Positions 29,006 to 40,226 of a DNA stretch of 64,000 bases are shown in pieces. The DNA lies in contig CAVYRW010000004.1 of the NCBI GenBank assembly GCA_963771045.1, forward strand, positions 1,824,001 through 1,888,000, given 5' to 3'. Origin of the DNA: Waddliaceae bacterium (lineage in GTDB: Bacteria > Chlamydiota > Chlamydiia > Chlamydiales > SLFE01). Every line of letters starts with the position of its first letter. Position 1 is the first letter of the stretch. The position numbers and the translations under genes were made by a program. The notes under the pieces are model-generated. The model did not search any database. It saw nothing but the letters and a program-made list of their open reading frames with translations, and had not been told where the DNA came from.

Positions 29006-30618
29006 AAAACTTTTTCCGCTGGCATCCAGCTTATTGTTTTCATCCGGACAGCACATTTTGGAAATGTTTTGTCATCGCCAACGTGACTTACGGAGGCATG
29101 CTTGTCTTAATCGACCTATTGGGGTCAGTGATGGTCATGAGGCAGTATCAGGGTTTTTTATCGGTTGATTACGACAAGCTTATCTGGACGGCAAGATGCA
29201 TTCTTTTTACTTTGGCGATGAGTCCCCTGATCGCCCTTCGCCTGGGCAGAACCTTCGGGTTTAAGAAAATCTTCTTTTCCGGAGCGTTGCTTTTTTTGAC
29301 CGGCTCCATCCTAACATCTATAGCTCCCGAATACTACTCATTTCTTGTCTGCAGAGTCATTACTGCGCTTGGAGGAGGATTTATGCTCAGCCTGGGCATT
29401 CCAATTATCAACCATATCATCCCGGAGCAGGAAAAGAGGCAGCCGGTTGTCGTTGCTTATTCCTCGATTTCTTTCGGACTGGGAATTGCTCTTGGAATGC
29501 TGATCGGCGGTTATTACGGTCAGCAGCAGCAGTGGCGCATGGTCTTTCTTGCTAACTGTTATTTTGTTGCTCCCATATTGGTGGCGACCTATCTTTGCCA
29601 TGCCGAACTCAAAAGAGAAGGGCAGCGGCCCTACGATATCGCAAGCTTCGTCTTCATCACCTGTTTTTTCCTGAGCCTTTTGTTCATCGTCACCCAGGCC
29701 AAAGCCGAATGGAATACTCTCGGCTGGAATTCGGTCTTCATTTATTCCTGCGAGGCTATAGCCGCAGCCTCGTTTATCGCTTTTATCACAAACAGCTTTT
29801 TGCATCCCCATCCGCTTATCGACCTTCGCATTTTCCTCTATCGCCCTTTTGTTATCGGATGCTGCCTCATGCTTTTTGTGGGATTCATGGTCTTCGGGGT
29901 GACAATGGCCACACTCGGAATCCTTCAGCAGTATTATGGCTACGAATGGATCCGCCTGGGAGAGTTCATGAGTCTTGTCGGCTTCACTTACTTCATTGTC
30001 GGAGCTATCCCCCCTCTCTTTTCCCGCTATGTGAACTTTCGCATTTTTGCCTTCATTGGCCTGAGCCTCGTTATCGCCAGCTGTTTTTTATCGCAATCTA
30101 TCACTATCCAAAGCGATATGTATCAAATCGGGACTATTGTCTTTCTCCGCTCCTCCGGTGTTGCCCTCTCGCTCGGCCCGATCACAGTCATCGCGCTCTC
30201 TCCATTCGGTCAAGATCTCTATGCCAAAGCCTCAACCGTCGTCAACCTCGTGCGGATGCTGGGCGGAGTCTTCGGCAGCGCGGTCATACAGCTCATCACC
30301 GCCTACAGAGCCCCCTACCATGCGCTAAGGTTCGGCGAGATGGTCAATACCGAATCGGCCGAGTACAGGCAGTACTTTGCCGCCTACAGGGAAACGCTGG
30401 AAAATTTTCGCGGCACAAGTCCCGGACTTGCCGCCAGGCAGACACGCCAGATCATCATCGACTGGATCAACGCTCAGGCAGAGATTGCCGGCATACTCGA
30501 CGCCGAATACATCATTGGCTGGATCCTGCTCATCAGTTTGATTGTCCTTTCAATCGGCGTCTGCTTTCATTTTTGGGGAGGCAAAATTACCCGCGCTTTC
30601 CACAGGGTATTTCAATGA
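28987..30618 (+). CDS. emrB: EmrB/QacA (DHA2) MFS efflux transporter
   Basis: 14-TM pattern, WRMVFLAN, HPLIDLRIF, NLVRMLGG; follows emrA. Confidence 0.85.
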   Translation: MDKKTIKNFFRWHPAYCFHPDSTFWKCFVIANVTYGGMLVLIDLLGSVMVMRQYQGFLSVDYDKLIWTARCILFTLAMSPLIALRLGRTFGFKKIFFSGALLFLTGSILTSIAPEYYSFLVCRVITALGGGFMLSLGIPIINHIIPEQEKRQPVVVAYSSISFGLGIALGMLIGGYYGQQQQWRMVFLANCYFVAPILVATYLCHAELKREGQRPYDIASFVFITCFFLSLLFIVTQAKAEWNTLGWNSVFIYSCEAIAAASFIAFITNSFLHPHPLIDLRIFLYRPFVIGCCLMLFVGFMVFGVTMATLGILQQYYGYEWIRLGEFMSLVGFTYFIVGAIPPLFSRYVNFRIFAFIGLSLVIASCFLSQSITIQSDMYQIGTIVFLRSSGVALSLGPITVIALSPFGQDLYAKASTVVNLVRMLGGVFGSAVIQLITAYRAPYHALRFGEMVNTESAEYRQYFAAYRETLENFRGTSPGLAARQTRQIIIDWINAQAEIAGILDAEYIIGWILLISLIVLSIGVCFHFWGGKITRAFHRVFQ

Positions 30619-31492
30619 CTTTAGAGACTCCTGCCTGAATCCCCTTGGCCAAAGGCTCCATCTTTTCAAGATCATCCATAATGCACCAAAAAAATCGCAG
30701 GATCTCTTTACTCATCAACTTATCCTCGACGTCGGCTTTTCCATGCACTTTCTTGGCCGCAAGGGAGACAAACGAAAGATAATCGGAAATATGCTGGGAA
30801 TTATACAAGAACTTGTCAACTGTATGATAAATGGCATCCGCAAGTCGCCGGGCCGGCTCCTGCAGTGCGGTATCTTTTCCATCATCGATCACAATCCTCA
30901 TGAATTTATGGATGCTCTTGAAAATCTTTTTCTTTACACTGCCGGGAGCCAGACGGTAGTTTTGACAAGCCAACTGCAGAATCGGCTTCCACAAAGGGTT
31001 GGTGATAAATCCACTGATTTTCTTAAATGAGGTGGCCAGATAAAGCGCCATAGGGTTCTCTTCAGTGCTTTTTCCTTCAGAAACCAGGCTCCGAGCCAAG
31101 GTAAGATCCTCAATCAACCAATTCGCAAAAAGCGGCCAGGCAGAGCCCTGCTTTTTTATTCGAGCCTTCGCAAGAGGAAAAGCAAAAACGGATGCCTTAG
31201 GGCCTTCTCCTTTTGCTAGGGCTTGGCAAAACTTCTTAAAGCTTTCATCCTTCGTTATGGGATAGCGGGCGGAAAATCGCTTGGGCAACGTCCCAACCTT
31301 CTGAAAAAGAGGTACTTTGTTAATCGCTGATTCCAGTTTGCGGCAAACCTCTTCAAGTTCCCGTGTTTCTTCATAATAAGTTGCGTAAAAGGCCGGAAAC
31401 GTCGGAAAAAGAGCCGACGCAGGACTATTTTCTATAGAAAGGGCCAAACGATCTAAAAAATCCTGTGGAGACGACACTCTATCGATATTCAT
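30587..31492 (-). CDS. Hypothetical protein
   Basis: 301-aa ORF filling the gap between emrB and ackA; no motif recognised. Confidence 0.65.
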   Translation of the reverse strand: MNIDRVSSPQDFLDRLALSIENSPASALFPTFPAFYATYYEETRELEEVCRKLESAINKVPLFQKVGTLPKRFSARYPITKDESFKKFCQALAKGEGPKASVFAFPLAKARIKKQGSAWPLFANWLIEDLTLARSLVSEGKSTEENPMALYLATSFKKISGFITNPLWKPILQLACQNYRLAPGSVKKKIFKSIHKFMRIVIDDGKDTALQEPARRLADAIYHTVDKFLYNSQHISDYLSFVSLAAKKVHGKADVEDKLMSKEILRFFWCIMDDLEKMEPLAKGIQAGVSKVIEIPCGKRG

Positions 31493-31643
31493 AACCTTAT
31501 GAGGCTAAAAAATGGCGTATCTTGTCAAGGGAGAATGTTTTTTTGCAGAAAAATCCCTTAGGTGATTACAAAGAAGAGTGAAGCAATACCTCCTCTTATT
31601 CCTGTAACTTACTTAACTTCTTAAAAATCTTAGGCTTGATTTA

Positions 31644-32837
31644 ATGGCTTTAACAATATTAACAATCAATGCCGGCTCTTCGAGCATCAAGGTGTCCCTT
31701 TTTCGTTTCAACCAGGGCGAGACGATGCTGGCGATTGGCCAGATCGACCGTATAGGACTCAAGAGCAGCAGCTTTGAGCTTGCCGACGGGAATGGCAACT
31801 GGCTCGTCAATGAAAAAGCCGCACTTGCCAATCACGATGAGGCCTACAAGAAGCTTTTCGGCTGGCTCGCTGAAAGCGGGTACGATCTCGACGGCGTCGG
31901 CCACAGAATTGTCCATGGCGGGCCGAACTACCGGTCGCATCAGCCCATCACGCCTGATCTTTTAGAGGAGCTCCATCGCGTTGTCTCTTACAGCCCCTTG
32001 CACCTGCCCCCTGAAATACTGGGAATCGAATATGTCGAGAAATTCTTTCCGAATGCGCCGCAAGTAGCGTGCTTTGATACAGCGTTTCATCAGATGCTGC
32101 CTAATGTCGCCAAATACTACGCCATTCCAAGGCGTTTTTCTGAAGAGGGAATTTTCAGGTACGGCTTCCACGGCATTTCCTATGAGTACATCATGGAAGA
32201 ACTTCAAGAAATCAGAAAAGGGAAAACAATTATCTGCCATCTCGGCAACGGCGCCAGCATGGCTGCCATCAAAAACAGCAGGTGCATTGACACAACCATG
32301 GGTTTTACTCCTGCCGAAGGGCTCGTTATGGGAACAAGGTCCGGCGATGTCGATCCGGGGCTGATCATCTTTTTAGCAGCCCACAAAAAAATGAATGCCG
32401 ACGACCTCAGAAATATGATCAACCATGAAAGCGGACTTAAAGGTCTTTCGGAACTGGGTTCCGATGTCCAAGATCTTTTGGAAGCGGAAGCCTCCAATAA
32501 CAAAGCCAAAGAGGCTTTGGATATTTTCTGCTACCGCGCAAAAAAATATATTGGAGCCCTTGCCGCCGCCCTTGGCGGCTTGAACACTTTGGTCTTTACC
32601 GCAGGAATCGGGGAAAACTCCCCTGAAATCCGGCAGCGCATTTGCAAAGGACTCGAATTTCTCGGCATCGAACTCGACAAAAAGGCCAACCGGGAAAACC
32701 GGGAAAAAATTTCAAAAAAATCCGGCCCTGTCAATGTGCAGGTGCTGCAAACAAACGAAGAATTAATGATCGCCCGCCACACGATGAATATCGTCGTTTA
32801 CGGGCAGGGAGCTTCCTACGAGTTAAGGAGAAAATAA
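31644..32837 (+). CDS. ackA: Acetate kinase
   Basis: [48 protein letters not shown]. Confidence 0.96.
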   Translation: MALTILTINAGSSSIKVSLFRFNQGETMLAIGQIDRIGLKSSSFELADGNGNWLVNEKAALANHDEAYKKLFGWLAESGYDLDGVGHRIVHGGPNYRSHQPITPDLLEELHRVVSYSPLHLPPEILGIEYVEKFFPNAPQVACFDTAFHQMLPNVAKYYAIPRRFSEEGIFRYGFHGISYEYIMEELQEIRKGKTIICHLGNGASMAAIKNSRCIDTTMGFTPAEGLVMGTRSGDVDPGLIIFLAAHKKMNADDLRNMINHESGLKGLSELGSDVQDLLEAEASNNKAKEALDIFCYRAKKYIGALAAALGGLNTLVFTAGIGENSPEIRQRICKGLEFLGIELDKKANRENREKISKKSGPVNVQVLQTNEELMIARHTMNIVVYGQGASYELRRK

Positions 32838-32838
32838 T

Positions 32839-35259
32839 ATGGCGTCAACTCAGATTCAAACAAAAGTCTTAAGCGACGAAGAACTGGATAAAATCGACCG
32901 CTACTTTCAGGCGGCGAATTATTTATCTGTCGGGCAAATTTATTTGCAAAGCAATCCTTTGCTGCGCGAGCCGCTGAAAGCCGAGGATATCAAGCCGAGG
33001 CTGCTCGGACACTTTGGGACATCGCCGGGCCTCAACCTGATCTATGCCCATCTCAATCACATTATCAACAAATACGACGCCAATATGATCTACATCACCG
33101 GCCCGGGGCATGGAGGCCCCGCACTGATCTCCAATGTATATATGGAAGGAACCTACTCCGAAGTTTATCCGCAGATTCCCGAAAACATCCACGGCATTGA
33201 TAAACTCTTCAGGCAATTTTCTACTCCGGGAGGCATCCCCAGCCACGTGAGCCCCGAAACTCCCGGATCGATTCACGAAGGGGGCGAGCTCGGCTACAGC
33301 CTTCTGCATGCTTTCGGCGCCGTTTTCGACAACCCCGACCTGATCGCCGCCTGCGTTGTGGGCGACGGTGAAGCGGAGACAGGGCCCTGCGAAGGAAGCT
33401 GGAAGGGGGTCAAGTTCTTAAATCCCTTAGCAGACGGGGCAGTCCTCCCCATCCTCCACTTAAACGGCTACAAAATCTCGGGACCGACAGTTTTGGCCCG
33501 CATCCCAGACGAAGAGCTCATCGACTATTTCAAAGGGCACGGCTACGAGCCTTGCATCGTTGAGGGCGACGATCCCAAAATTGTCCATCAAACATTTGCC
33601 GCCATTTTGGACAAATGCTACCAAGATATCCGGGCCATACAAAAAGATGTCAGGGAAAACGGGTTTTCCACCTGCCCCATTTGGCCGATGATAATTCTCC
33701 GCACACCGAAAGGATGGACAGGCCCGAAAGTCGTGGACGGCCTTCCCATTGAAGGAACCTTCCGCTCCCACCAGGTTCCCCTGGCTGGAGTCAAGGAAAA
33801 TCCCCAGCACTTAAAAATGCTCGAAGAATGGATGCTCTCCTACCATCCCGAGCAGCATTTCGACCAAGACGGCAGGTTGATTCAGGAGCTCAGAGACCTC
33901 GCCCCGAAAGGAGACCGCCGCATGGGCGCCAATCCGGTTGCCAACGGAGGAAAGCTTCTCGTTGATCTCGAGCTTCCCAACTGGGATGATTTTGCCATCG
34001 ACGTACCCGCTCCAGGACAAGTGAAACACGAAGCCACCCGCGTTCTGGGAGAATATCTTAGGGATGTTTTTCAGCTCAACGGAGACGAGAAGAACTTCCG
34101 CCTCTTTTGCCCCGATGAAACCAACTCCAACCGCCTCGGCGCTGTCTTCGACGTCACAGGCCGATGCTCGGCGGCAGAAATCATCGAAATCGACGACCAT
34201 GTCGCCCATGACGGGCGCGTGATGGAAGTGCTGAGCGAGCACTGCTGCCAGGGATGGCTTGAAGGCTACCTGCTGACAGGCCGCCACGGCATCTTCCCCA
34301 CTTACGAGGCGTTTGCCATGGTGATCGACTCAATGCTCAACCAACATGCCAAATGGCTCAAAACATGCCGCGAGATTCCTTGGCGCCACCCCATCGCCTC
34401 GCTCAACTATCTTCTGACCAGCCACGCCTGGAGAAACGATCACAACGGCTACAGCCACCAGGGACCCGGTTTTATCGATACCGTGATGAGCAAGAAAAGC
34501 TACGTCACAAGAATCTACCTTCCCCCCGATGCCAACTGCCTGCTCAGCGTTGCCGACCACTGCTTCAGAAGCCGCGATTATGTCAACGTGATCGTGGCGG
34601 GAAAACAGCCCCAATTTCAGTGGCTTGGCAAGGAAGAGGCGCGCGAGCACTGCTCAAGAGGCGCGTCCGTTTGGGAATTTGCCAGCAACGATCAGGGCAA
34701 TCCCGATGTGGTGATGGCCTCTGCCGGTGATGTGCCGACGCTTGAAGTGATGGCGGCCGTGTCCCTGCTAAGAGAACATCTGCCCGACATCCGCATCCGC
34801 GTCGTGAATGTCGTCGATCTGATGGTCCTTAAAAAACACAAGGAACATCCGCACGGCATGGACGAACTCTCCTTCAACGATCTGTTCACAAAAGACAAAC
34901 CTGTTGTTTTCGCATTCCACGGGTATCCGAGAGTGATCCACGACATTGTCCACGGAAGAGGCGTCCACGAACAATTCCATGTGCGCGGCTATATAGAAGA
35001 GGGAACGACAACGACCCCTTTCGATATGGTCGTCTTGAATGAGATGAGCCGCTTTCACCTGGCCATCGAAGCTCTGCACCGCATCCCGAGGCTTCAAGCG
35101 CAGGCAGGAGATGTTATCGAACTCTTCGAGACCAAGCTCTTTGAACACAGGGAATACATCACCCGCCACCTGCAGGACATGCCCGAAATCAGGAACTGGA
35201 GCTGGTCAGGAGAAAAAAGAGAACACAAAGAAAAGTGGGAAGTGGGACAGACAGATTAA
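32839..35259 (+). CDS. xfp: Phosphoketolase (X5P/F6P)
   Basis: [59 protein letters not shown]. Confidence 0.96.
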   Translation: MASTQIQTKVLSDEELDKIDRYFQAANYLSVGQIYLQSNPLLREPLKAEDIKPRLLGHFGTSPGLNLIYAHLNHIINKYDANMIYITGPGHGGPALISNVYMEGTYSEVYPQIPENIHGIDKLFRQFSTPGGIPSHVSPETPGSIHEGGELGYSLLHAFGAVFDNPDLIAACVVGDGEAETGPCEGSWKGVKFLNPLADGAVLPILHLNGYKISGPTVLARIPDEELIDYFKGHGYEPCIVEGDDPKIVHQTFAAILDKCYQDIRAIQKDVRENGFSTCPIWPMIILRTPKGWTGPKVVDGLPIEGTFRSHQVPLAGVKENPQHLKMLEEWMLSYHPEQHFDQDGRLIQELRDLAPKGDRRMGANPVANGGKLLVDLELPNWDDFAIDVPAPGQVKHEATRVLGEYLRDVFQLNGDEKNFRLFCPDETNSNRLGAVFDVTGRCSAAEIIEIDDHVAHDGRVMEVLSEHCCQGWLEGYLLTGRHGIFPTYEAFAMVIDSMLNQHAKWLKTCREIPWRHPIASLNYLLTSHAWRNDHNGYSHQGPGFIDTVMSKKSYVTRIYLPPDANCLLSVADHCFRSRDYVNVIVAGKQPQFQWLGKEEAREHCSRGASVWEFASNDQGNPDVVMASAGDVPTLEVMAAVSLLREHLPDIRIRVVNVVDLMVLKKHKEHPHGMDELSFNDLFTKDKPVVFAFHGYPRVIHDIVHGRGVHEQFHVRGYIEEGTTTTPFDMVVLNEMSRFHLAIEALHRIPRLQAQAGDVIELFETKLFEHREYITRHLQDMPEIRNWSWSGEKREHKEKWEVGQTD

Positions 35260-35819
35260 AACTGTAATTTATGGCCGCCGCCCCCGGCGCCCCCTTTGCG
35301 CATGTTGAGGCAGATATTTTCCTTGGCGACTTTCTGCCGATAGGCCTCTTCGGTGGGGCCAAGCAAAGGAAGTGGGACGAAAGCAACGACTGTGGCGCTA
35401 ACCTTCCCACCGTTCTGAGCCTCTTTGCGCATAGCTTTATGAACATCCAGCTGGCTTCCCTTAGTGGCACTATTTTTGTGAGCCTTTAGCCTTTTGCGCG
35501 GGCTAAACTTTGTCAGACCAATATAACGACTTTTACCCTCTCCCTGAAGCTTGGTGTCGAGTTGATTGATGTGTTTTTTGAGATCCGATGCCGTCTTAAA
35601 CCTGTTGACATCGGAGGGCGAGAGCTGAAGGATTTTCCTTTTTTTTGGATTTGCAGGCTTTTTTTCCGATGTTCCGATAGAAATGGCGTAAATATAGCCC
35701 ATCCCATTTTTCCTCCTGAGTTTGGAGCTTGCGGGACTGACATGAAGCTTTCCAACCCGTCCTTTAGTCTGAGGCTTGGTGGGAGATTCGCAGGAAAATG
35801 TGTAAATATTTGGAATCAT
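35256..35819 (-). CDS. GIY-YIG-like nuclease with basic insertion
   Basis: GYIYAI ... RYIGLT ... R110, H114 ... E157/158 ... LNMRKGG; 54-residue spacer containing PKKRK. Confidence 0.6.
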   Translation of the reverse strand: MIPNIYTFSCESPTKPQTKGRVGKLHVSPASSKLRRKNGMGYIYAISIGTSEKKPANPKKRKILQLSPSDVNRFKTASDLKKHINQLDTKLQGEGKSRYIGLTKFSPRKRLKAHKNSATKGSQLDVHKAMRKEAQNGGKVSATVVAFVPLPLLGPTEEAYRQKVAKENICLNMRKGGAGGGGHKLQF

Positions 35820-35827
35820 ATAAAAAA

Positions 35828-35856
35828 ATTATAACATATAAACTATTCACTGTCAA
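35828..35856 (-). promoter_or_regulatory. Perfect-consensus sigma70/sigma66 promoter
   Basis: TTGACA(35856-35851)-N17-TATAAT(35833-35828); ATG follows 8 nt later. Confidence 0.8.
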
Positions 35857-35859
35857 GGT

Positions 35860-37460
35860 TTATAGGACGTAGGCCGCCATAAACCTTTCAAGCACCTGAT
35901 CAATTGTAGGACGTTTTTTCAGGATCCCAGTGGCACATATCCCTGACTAACTCTCCCATAGACAAGACTTCCAGCTTCTGATCTTCGTCGAGATCATCGA
36001 AGAGTTGATAACCTTCCGGTAAAAAATCCTGCCCAGGATCAAATTTTTCGTACCACGCTTTTACATCCTCAATATGACTGGGCAAAGCATAATCGTTTCG
36101 TGAATCGTGAAGCTTATTTTCAACTTTCTTAATTTTCAAATAAGAGCCCTGTTTCCCGTTTTTGGGATCAATATAATCGACAATTTTTCCGGTATCAGGA
36201 TCTTTTATCACCGTTTCTTCATAAAAATTGAAATCCGGGATATTTCCTGTAAACATTTCATGCAATACTATGCCTAAAGAAAATATATCGCGGGGTTTTG
36301 AAGATAAAAGTTTTAAAGGAACCAAATCTGTCAATATTTTTTTTATTTTTACCGCATTTTCACCTGTTATCTTCTTTTCTTTTAAGAGTTTCATTGCAAA
36401 AACAGCGCTTGATTTACCCTTTGGACATGTCTTCTTTTCTTTAGCAAAAATCTGAGTTAACTTGTCTTCTAGTAAAATAGATTCTAGTGTTTCAGGTGAA
36501 ATGTATTCAAAGGTTCCGCAATTTGTATCTCCAAAAGGCGGTTTATCTTCTATAACAGATCCAAAGTCGCAGATCCTAAGTTCATATTCCTTGTCTGCTG
36601 AAGCTTTGAAAACTAATATATTTTCGGTCTTAACATCTCTATGAATAAGCCCTTTTTTATGCAAATATTGAATGCCTAAGAGAATATCTTCTGCAAATGC
36701 GAAAAAAACAGATCCAATATTTTTATCCTGAAGTAATTGAAAAAGATCCTCAAACGCCTGATCCATGATCATAGCAATCTTTTTTTGGTCATTCCGCCCT
36801 TTCACAGGATAAAGGAGGGTGCCGCCCCAAACTTTATAAACGAGTCCTCTCGGTTTATCTTTGCTGAACTGTTTGATGAGTTCAATTTCCTTCTTAAGGT
36901 TTTTCACATCCCGATTTGCACGAGATTTTGCTTTAGAATTCTTCCTAGTTCTTTTAGGTGTTCCCTTAATTAAATCCGAAACACCCCTACCAGAACGAAT
37001 AGGGAAAGAAACCGTAAGCTGGCCGGATAATTTTCTCACCCCCTAGAATCGGCTTGCTTTCATTATCAAAAATAACAACAGAAATATCCCGCTTGTTTTT
37101 GCCCGGAATAATCCTGAGTGCATTCTTCAGCCCGGATTGTTCCTTCCGAATATGCCGCTCCTCTTTAACAGGCAATTGACGCATAACGAATCGGTAAGCT
37201 TTTTCCATCTCATTTGCACTGAGTCCGCCACTCTCTTCAGCCTCTTGAAAAGCCTGCTGCATTTCTTTGGGAATAGGGGCCAATTCTTTTTTTAGGAAAG
37301 ACAGAGTCTTTTGATATTCATCTATACTTATTTCATTGTTATTCAATTGGTTAATTACTTTTTGAATCAGCTCATCGACACGCGACTGACTCTTCTCCCC
37401 TTCCTTTTGAAAGGAATGGGGGGCCTTGGATGGTTGGTTAATTGGATCAGAACTATTCAT
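35860..37460 (-). CDS. Eukaryote-like Ser/Thr protein kinase (putative effector), two frameshifts
   Basis: LHKKGLIHRDVKTENIL, ICDFG, CGTFEYISPE, DIFSLG; shifts near 37015-37040 and 35915 (restores DPEKRPTIDQVL, stop 35860). Confidence 0.85.
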
Positions 37461-37630
37461 AATATTACTTTAGTTATCAAACTATTAATTTTGTTTCATT
37501 ATAATAGATAGTTTATTTAATTTAAACAAAAAAATTAATTAAATTATTATAAACGTTTCTAAGGCGCAAAGTTTCAATTATTTACGTATTAACAGTTTGA
37601 GCAAGCGAGGTGATCGGGGGTTTAAATTTA

Positions 37631-37779
37631 TGACCTAATCTGAGGCTGGGTGCTACAGATAGAGGTTAGATTTCGAAAATTTTGAAAAAAAGCATGTCTT
37701 GAGACATGCCGGAGGAAAAATTGATTCAAAGATGACCTTCAGCTGTAGCGCCCAGCCTCAGATTAGGTCACAATCACGG
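37631..37779. mobile_element. Near-complete palindromic element family B (MITE/RPE-like)
   Basis: Arms 37631-37658 and 37743-37770 are 27/28 inverted; central GCATGTCT-tg-AGACATGC hairpin; partial copies at 8183 and 19832. Confidence 0.85.
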
Positions 37780-37781
37780 GA

Positions 37782-38786
37782 TTATACGGTTAGGGCTGTC
37801 AGAATGCGCCTGGGGCCGGTAAAAGGGGCCCTTCCATGCTGAGCCAGGATATTGTCGCACACCATCATATCTCCCCGCTGCCAGGGGAAAAAGACCGAAT
37901 GCTTATCCAGTACGTCCATCACATGATACATGTCGTTTCGGGAAATTTTGGAACCATCGGCGTATGTCGCTTCATGAACCAGCGTATTTTTGCGGCAGTA
38001 AAACATTTTCACGCCCATATAACGCCAAAAGCCGATAAATCTCGGATTGTAGTCATACAGGTGGATCTGGTTGAACCACACCTTTTCTTTCGTTTCGGGG
38101 TGGGCAATCCAGGTCGGCCCCACCTGGCTGATTTCCAGCCAGTCGTTGCTGTGCCATTTGAAATCGAAGTTTTTCTGCCGGCACCGCTTTTCGACTTCAG
38201 TCTTACTGTCCGTTTCGAAAACATCAATCCACGTCTTGTGCCCCTTTTGCACGCGGTTCATCATATCCATGACCATGCTTTTGTAGTAGTAGCGGGAGAT
38301 GTATTTCAGCCCTTTCTTTTCAAAACGCTCGCGCACCCCGCTGTCGACATCATTGTAAATTTTCCTCGCGTCGCCGATAAAGGTCTCCCCCCCTGTTTTG
38401 GGAGGAATATCGCAATAAAAACAAATATGTTTCGGGTAGTTTTCTTTGAGGAAGCTCATCTCGTTATGTAAAGGAATCGGAATTGCGGGCGGGGCTTCTG
38501 TCGATGTGTAGACTCTCCCTTTGACTTTAGTTCTGGGGCTGTCGCCGCCGACGTAATTGACTTTTTCTCCTAAGCCTAAATGATCGACAGTGCTGTTGAA
38601 TTCTTCGAGGCCGTCTATGGGACAATTTCGAAAAAGAACGCAGCCGTATTTTTTCAGACAATCGCGTATGAAAGGATTTTCTTCCTTGACTAGCTCCTCG
38701 AACTCTTCGCGCTTCAAGTTTTTGGAGGGCTCGAGAACAATGGGCATCTCGTGGTTTGTGATGAACCTGGTCTTGAATTCTGACAT
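37782..38786 (-). CDS. TauD/TfdA-family Fe(II)/2-oxoglutarate dioxygenase (SyrP-like)
   Basis: GCVLFR, VYTSTE, IPLHNEMS, HPETKEKVWFNQ, WQRGD...DN...HGRAPF; ATG 38786 with AGGAG RBS. Confidence 0.88.
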   Translation of the reverse strand: MSEFKTRFITNHEMPIVLEPSKNLKREEFEELVKEENPFIRDCLKKYGCVLFRNCPIDGLEEFNSTVDHLGLGEKVNYVGGDSPRTKVKGRVYTSTEAPPAIPIPLHNEMSFLKENYPKHICFYCDIPPKTGGETFIGDARKIYNDVDSGVRERFEKKGLKYISRYYYKSMVMDMMNRVQKGHKTWIDVFETDSKTEVEKRCRQKNFDFKWHSNDWLEISQVGPTWIAHPETKEKVWFNQIHLYDYNPRFIGFWRYMGVKMFYCRKNTLVHEATYADGSKISRNDMYHVMDVLDKHSVFFPWQRGDMMVCDNILAQHGRAPFTGPRRILTALTV

Positions 38787-38813
38787 AAGTTGACTCCTGT
38801 TTTGGATCACACA

Positions 38814-40180
38814 TTAATCCAAGACGCAAGAGATTTCAACTGCTTTTTTAAAATCGTTTGTCGAACGGATCAAAGAAAGTTCATAAGGGGTTTTTCCGTT
38901 CCGAATAAAATGAATCAAGACCTTGGCCCTCTCTCGAAATTTAGTCTCCTGGTAGGGGCTGGCAATCAGCTTTTTCCTGTAGAATGCTTCGATGATTGGT
39001 TCAATCCCGGCCTCCAGCGTACCTGCAACCTCCTTGGCATAATCGGTGAAAGGAATCTCAGCATGCGGCAAGAGCCTCCAGATGTACTGGTTCAATCTGG
39101 TGAGTAATCTGTCGGAGTGTTTATGCGGCATGGAAGCTCCGTTGTCGATAAGATAAATCAACTCCTCTTTTACAAGCCAGTTGTCCGGATGGCGGTCAAG
39201 CTGGGCGATGAGGAAATCGAGAATGACCATCCGCTTCGAAAATTTCCTGTGGAATCTTTTCTAATAACTCAGGGTTTCTCTCAAGATTTTTTCGTCCACG
39301 AGAAGGATAAAAACACCAGAATCGTTTGATCTCCAATGCTTTTGCAGCGCTTTCGGCATCAGGGACATACAGTTGCAGCGAACCGATTTTGCTCTTTCCT
39401 AAACGAAAGCCAAAACTTTTTAACGTTTCCATTTTGGTGATCGGCACATTATCCAGCCTGAAGACTTCTGCTGACAATGCTGGCCATGCACTCGGATTTA
39501 CATCCATTGCCTCCCTGCAGAAAAATTAGAGTGGGAAATAAAGGAAATTTTTTCGACAGAGTTCTAAGCCTCCTAATGCCGCTCGTGGAATTTTCTGAAA
39601 GAACCTCCTCATCGCAAGGTTTAAAGACACCCAGTATTTCTCCTTCCAGCCCTTTGAGCAAATAGGTTCCGCTAACCCCTTTTTTCACCGGCTCAGGCCG
39701 GATTCCAAGCTTTAAAGCGATCTTAATCACTTTAACAACGGTTCGGTAATAACTATTGTCGGCTGTTACTGCGTCGGATGTAAATTTTCCCTATACGATT
39801 TGAGTTTTTTCAGAGATCCGGCTTTTTTAGGAAAAAGAGCCTTTAATAAAGAGTGGCTAATTTTTGTGCGGTCAAATACCGCTTCGCTAAGATTGGCAAA
39901 ACGATTGAAAAAGACTTTTTTGTAAAACTTTTTGACAGGTTCGCTTTTATCCGACTGTTTAAAATCCTGATTGAGACATTTGAGGATCTTTTGAATGATG
40001 CATCCGCACTCTATCGTTTGAGTCTGCTATCTGCTCTTTTGCCGGATAAAGTCGATTTTTTCGTCAGCCAAAAGACTCTTGGGGTGTTTTAAGCCTCATG
40101 AGAAACTGAAAGTTTTGTAAATGAGTCTCTAAAGTCAAATGCGGAATAAATTGAGAGTCTAGGGTTTTAGGACAATCCAT
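38814..40180 (-). CDS. Type II phosphatidylinositol 4-kinase-like protein, multiple frameshifts
   Basis: GVSGTY..GVFKPCDEE, KIGSLQLYV, ILDFLIAQLDRHPDNWLV, LIDNGASMP, WRLLPHAEIPF occur in order across three ORFs; 5' end (ATG 40180, GAGG RBS) reconstructed. Confidence 0.75.
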
Positions 40181-40226
40181 AAGCACCTCTCTGATCTCTA
40201 TATAGCAGAGCGGACAGAATTCGCCA

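Noticed and set aside
31502..31528. TTGACA upstream of the 30587-31492 ORF as a promoter
   Set aside because: No acceptable -10 box at 16-18 nt spacing.
35256..35819. GIY-YIG gene as a homing endonuclease or defence system
   Set aside because: No intron/intein context and no methylase or other defence genes adjacent.
35855..35887. Inverted repeat AAGGTTTAT...ATAAACCTT as a terminator or element
   Set aside because: Falls within the reconstructed kinase 3' end and has no U-tract.
37782..38786. TauD/SyrP-like gene as part of an NRPS cluster or as ectoine hydroxylase
   Set aside because: No NRPS or carrier protein in the window; EctD belongs to the PhyH-like family with a different signature.
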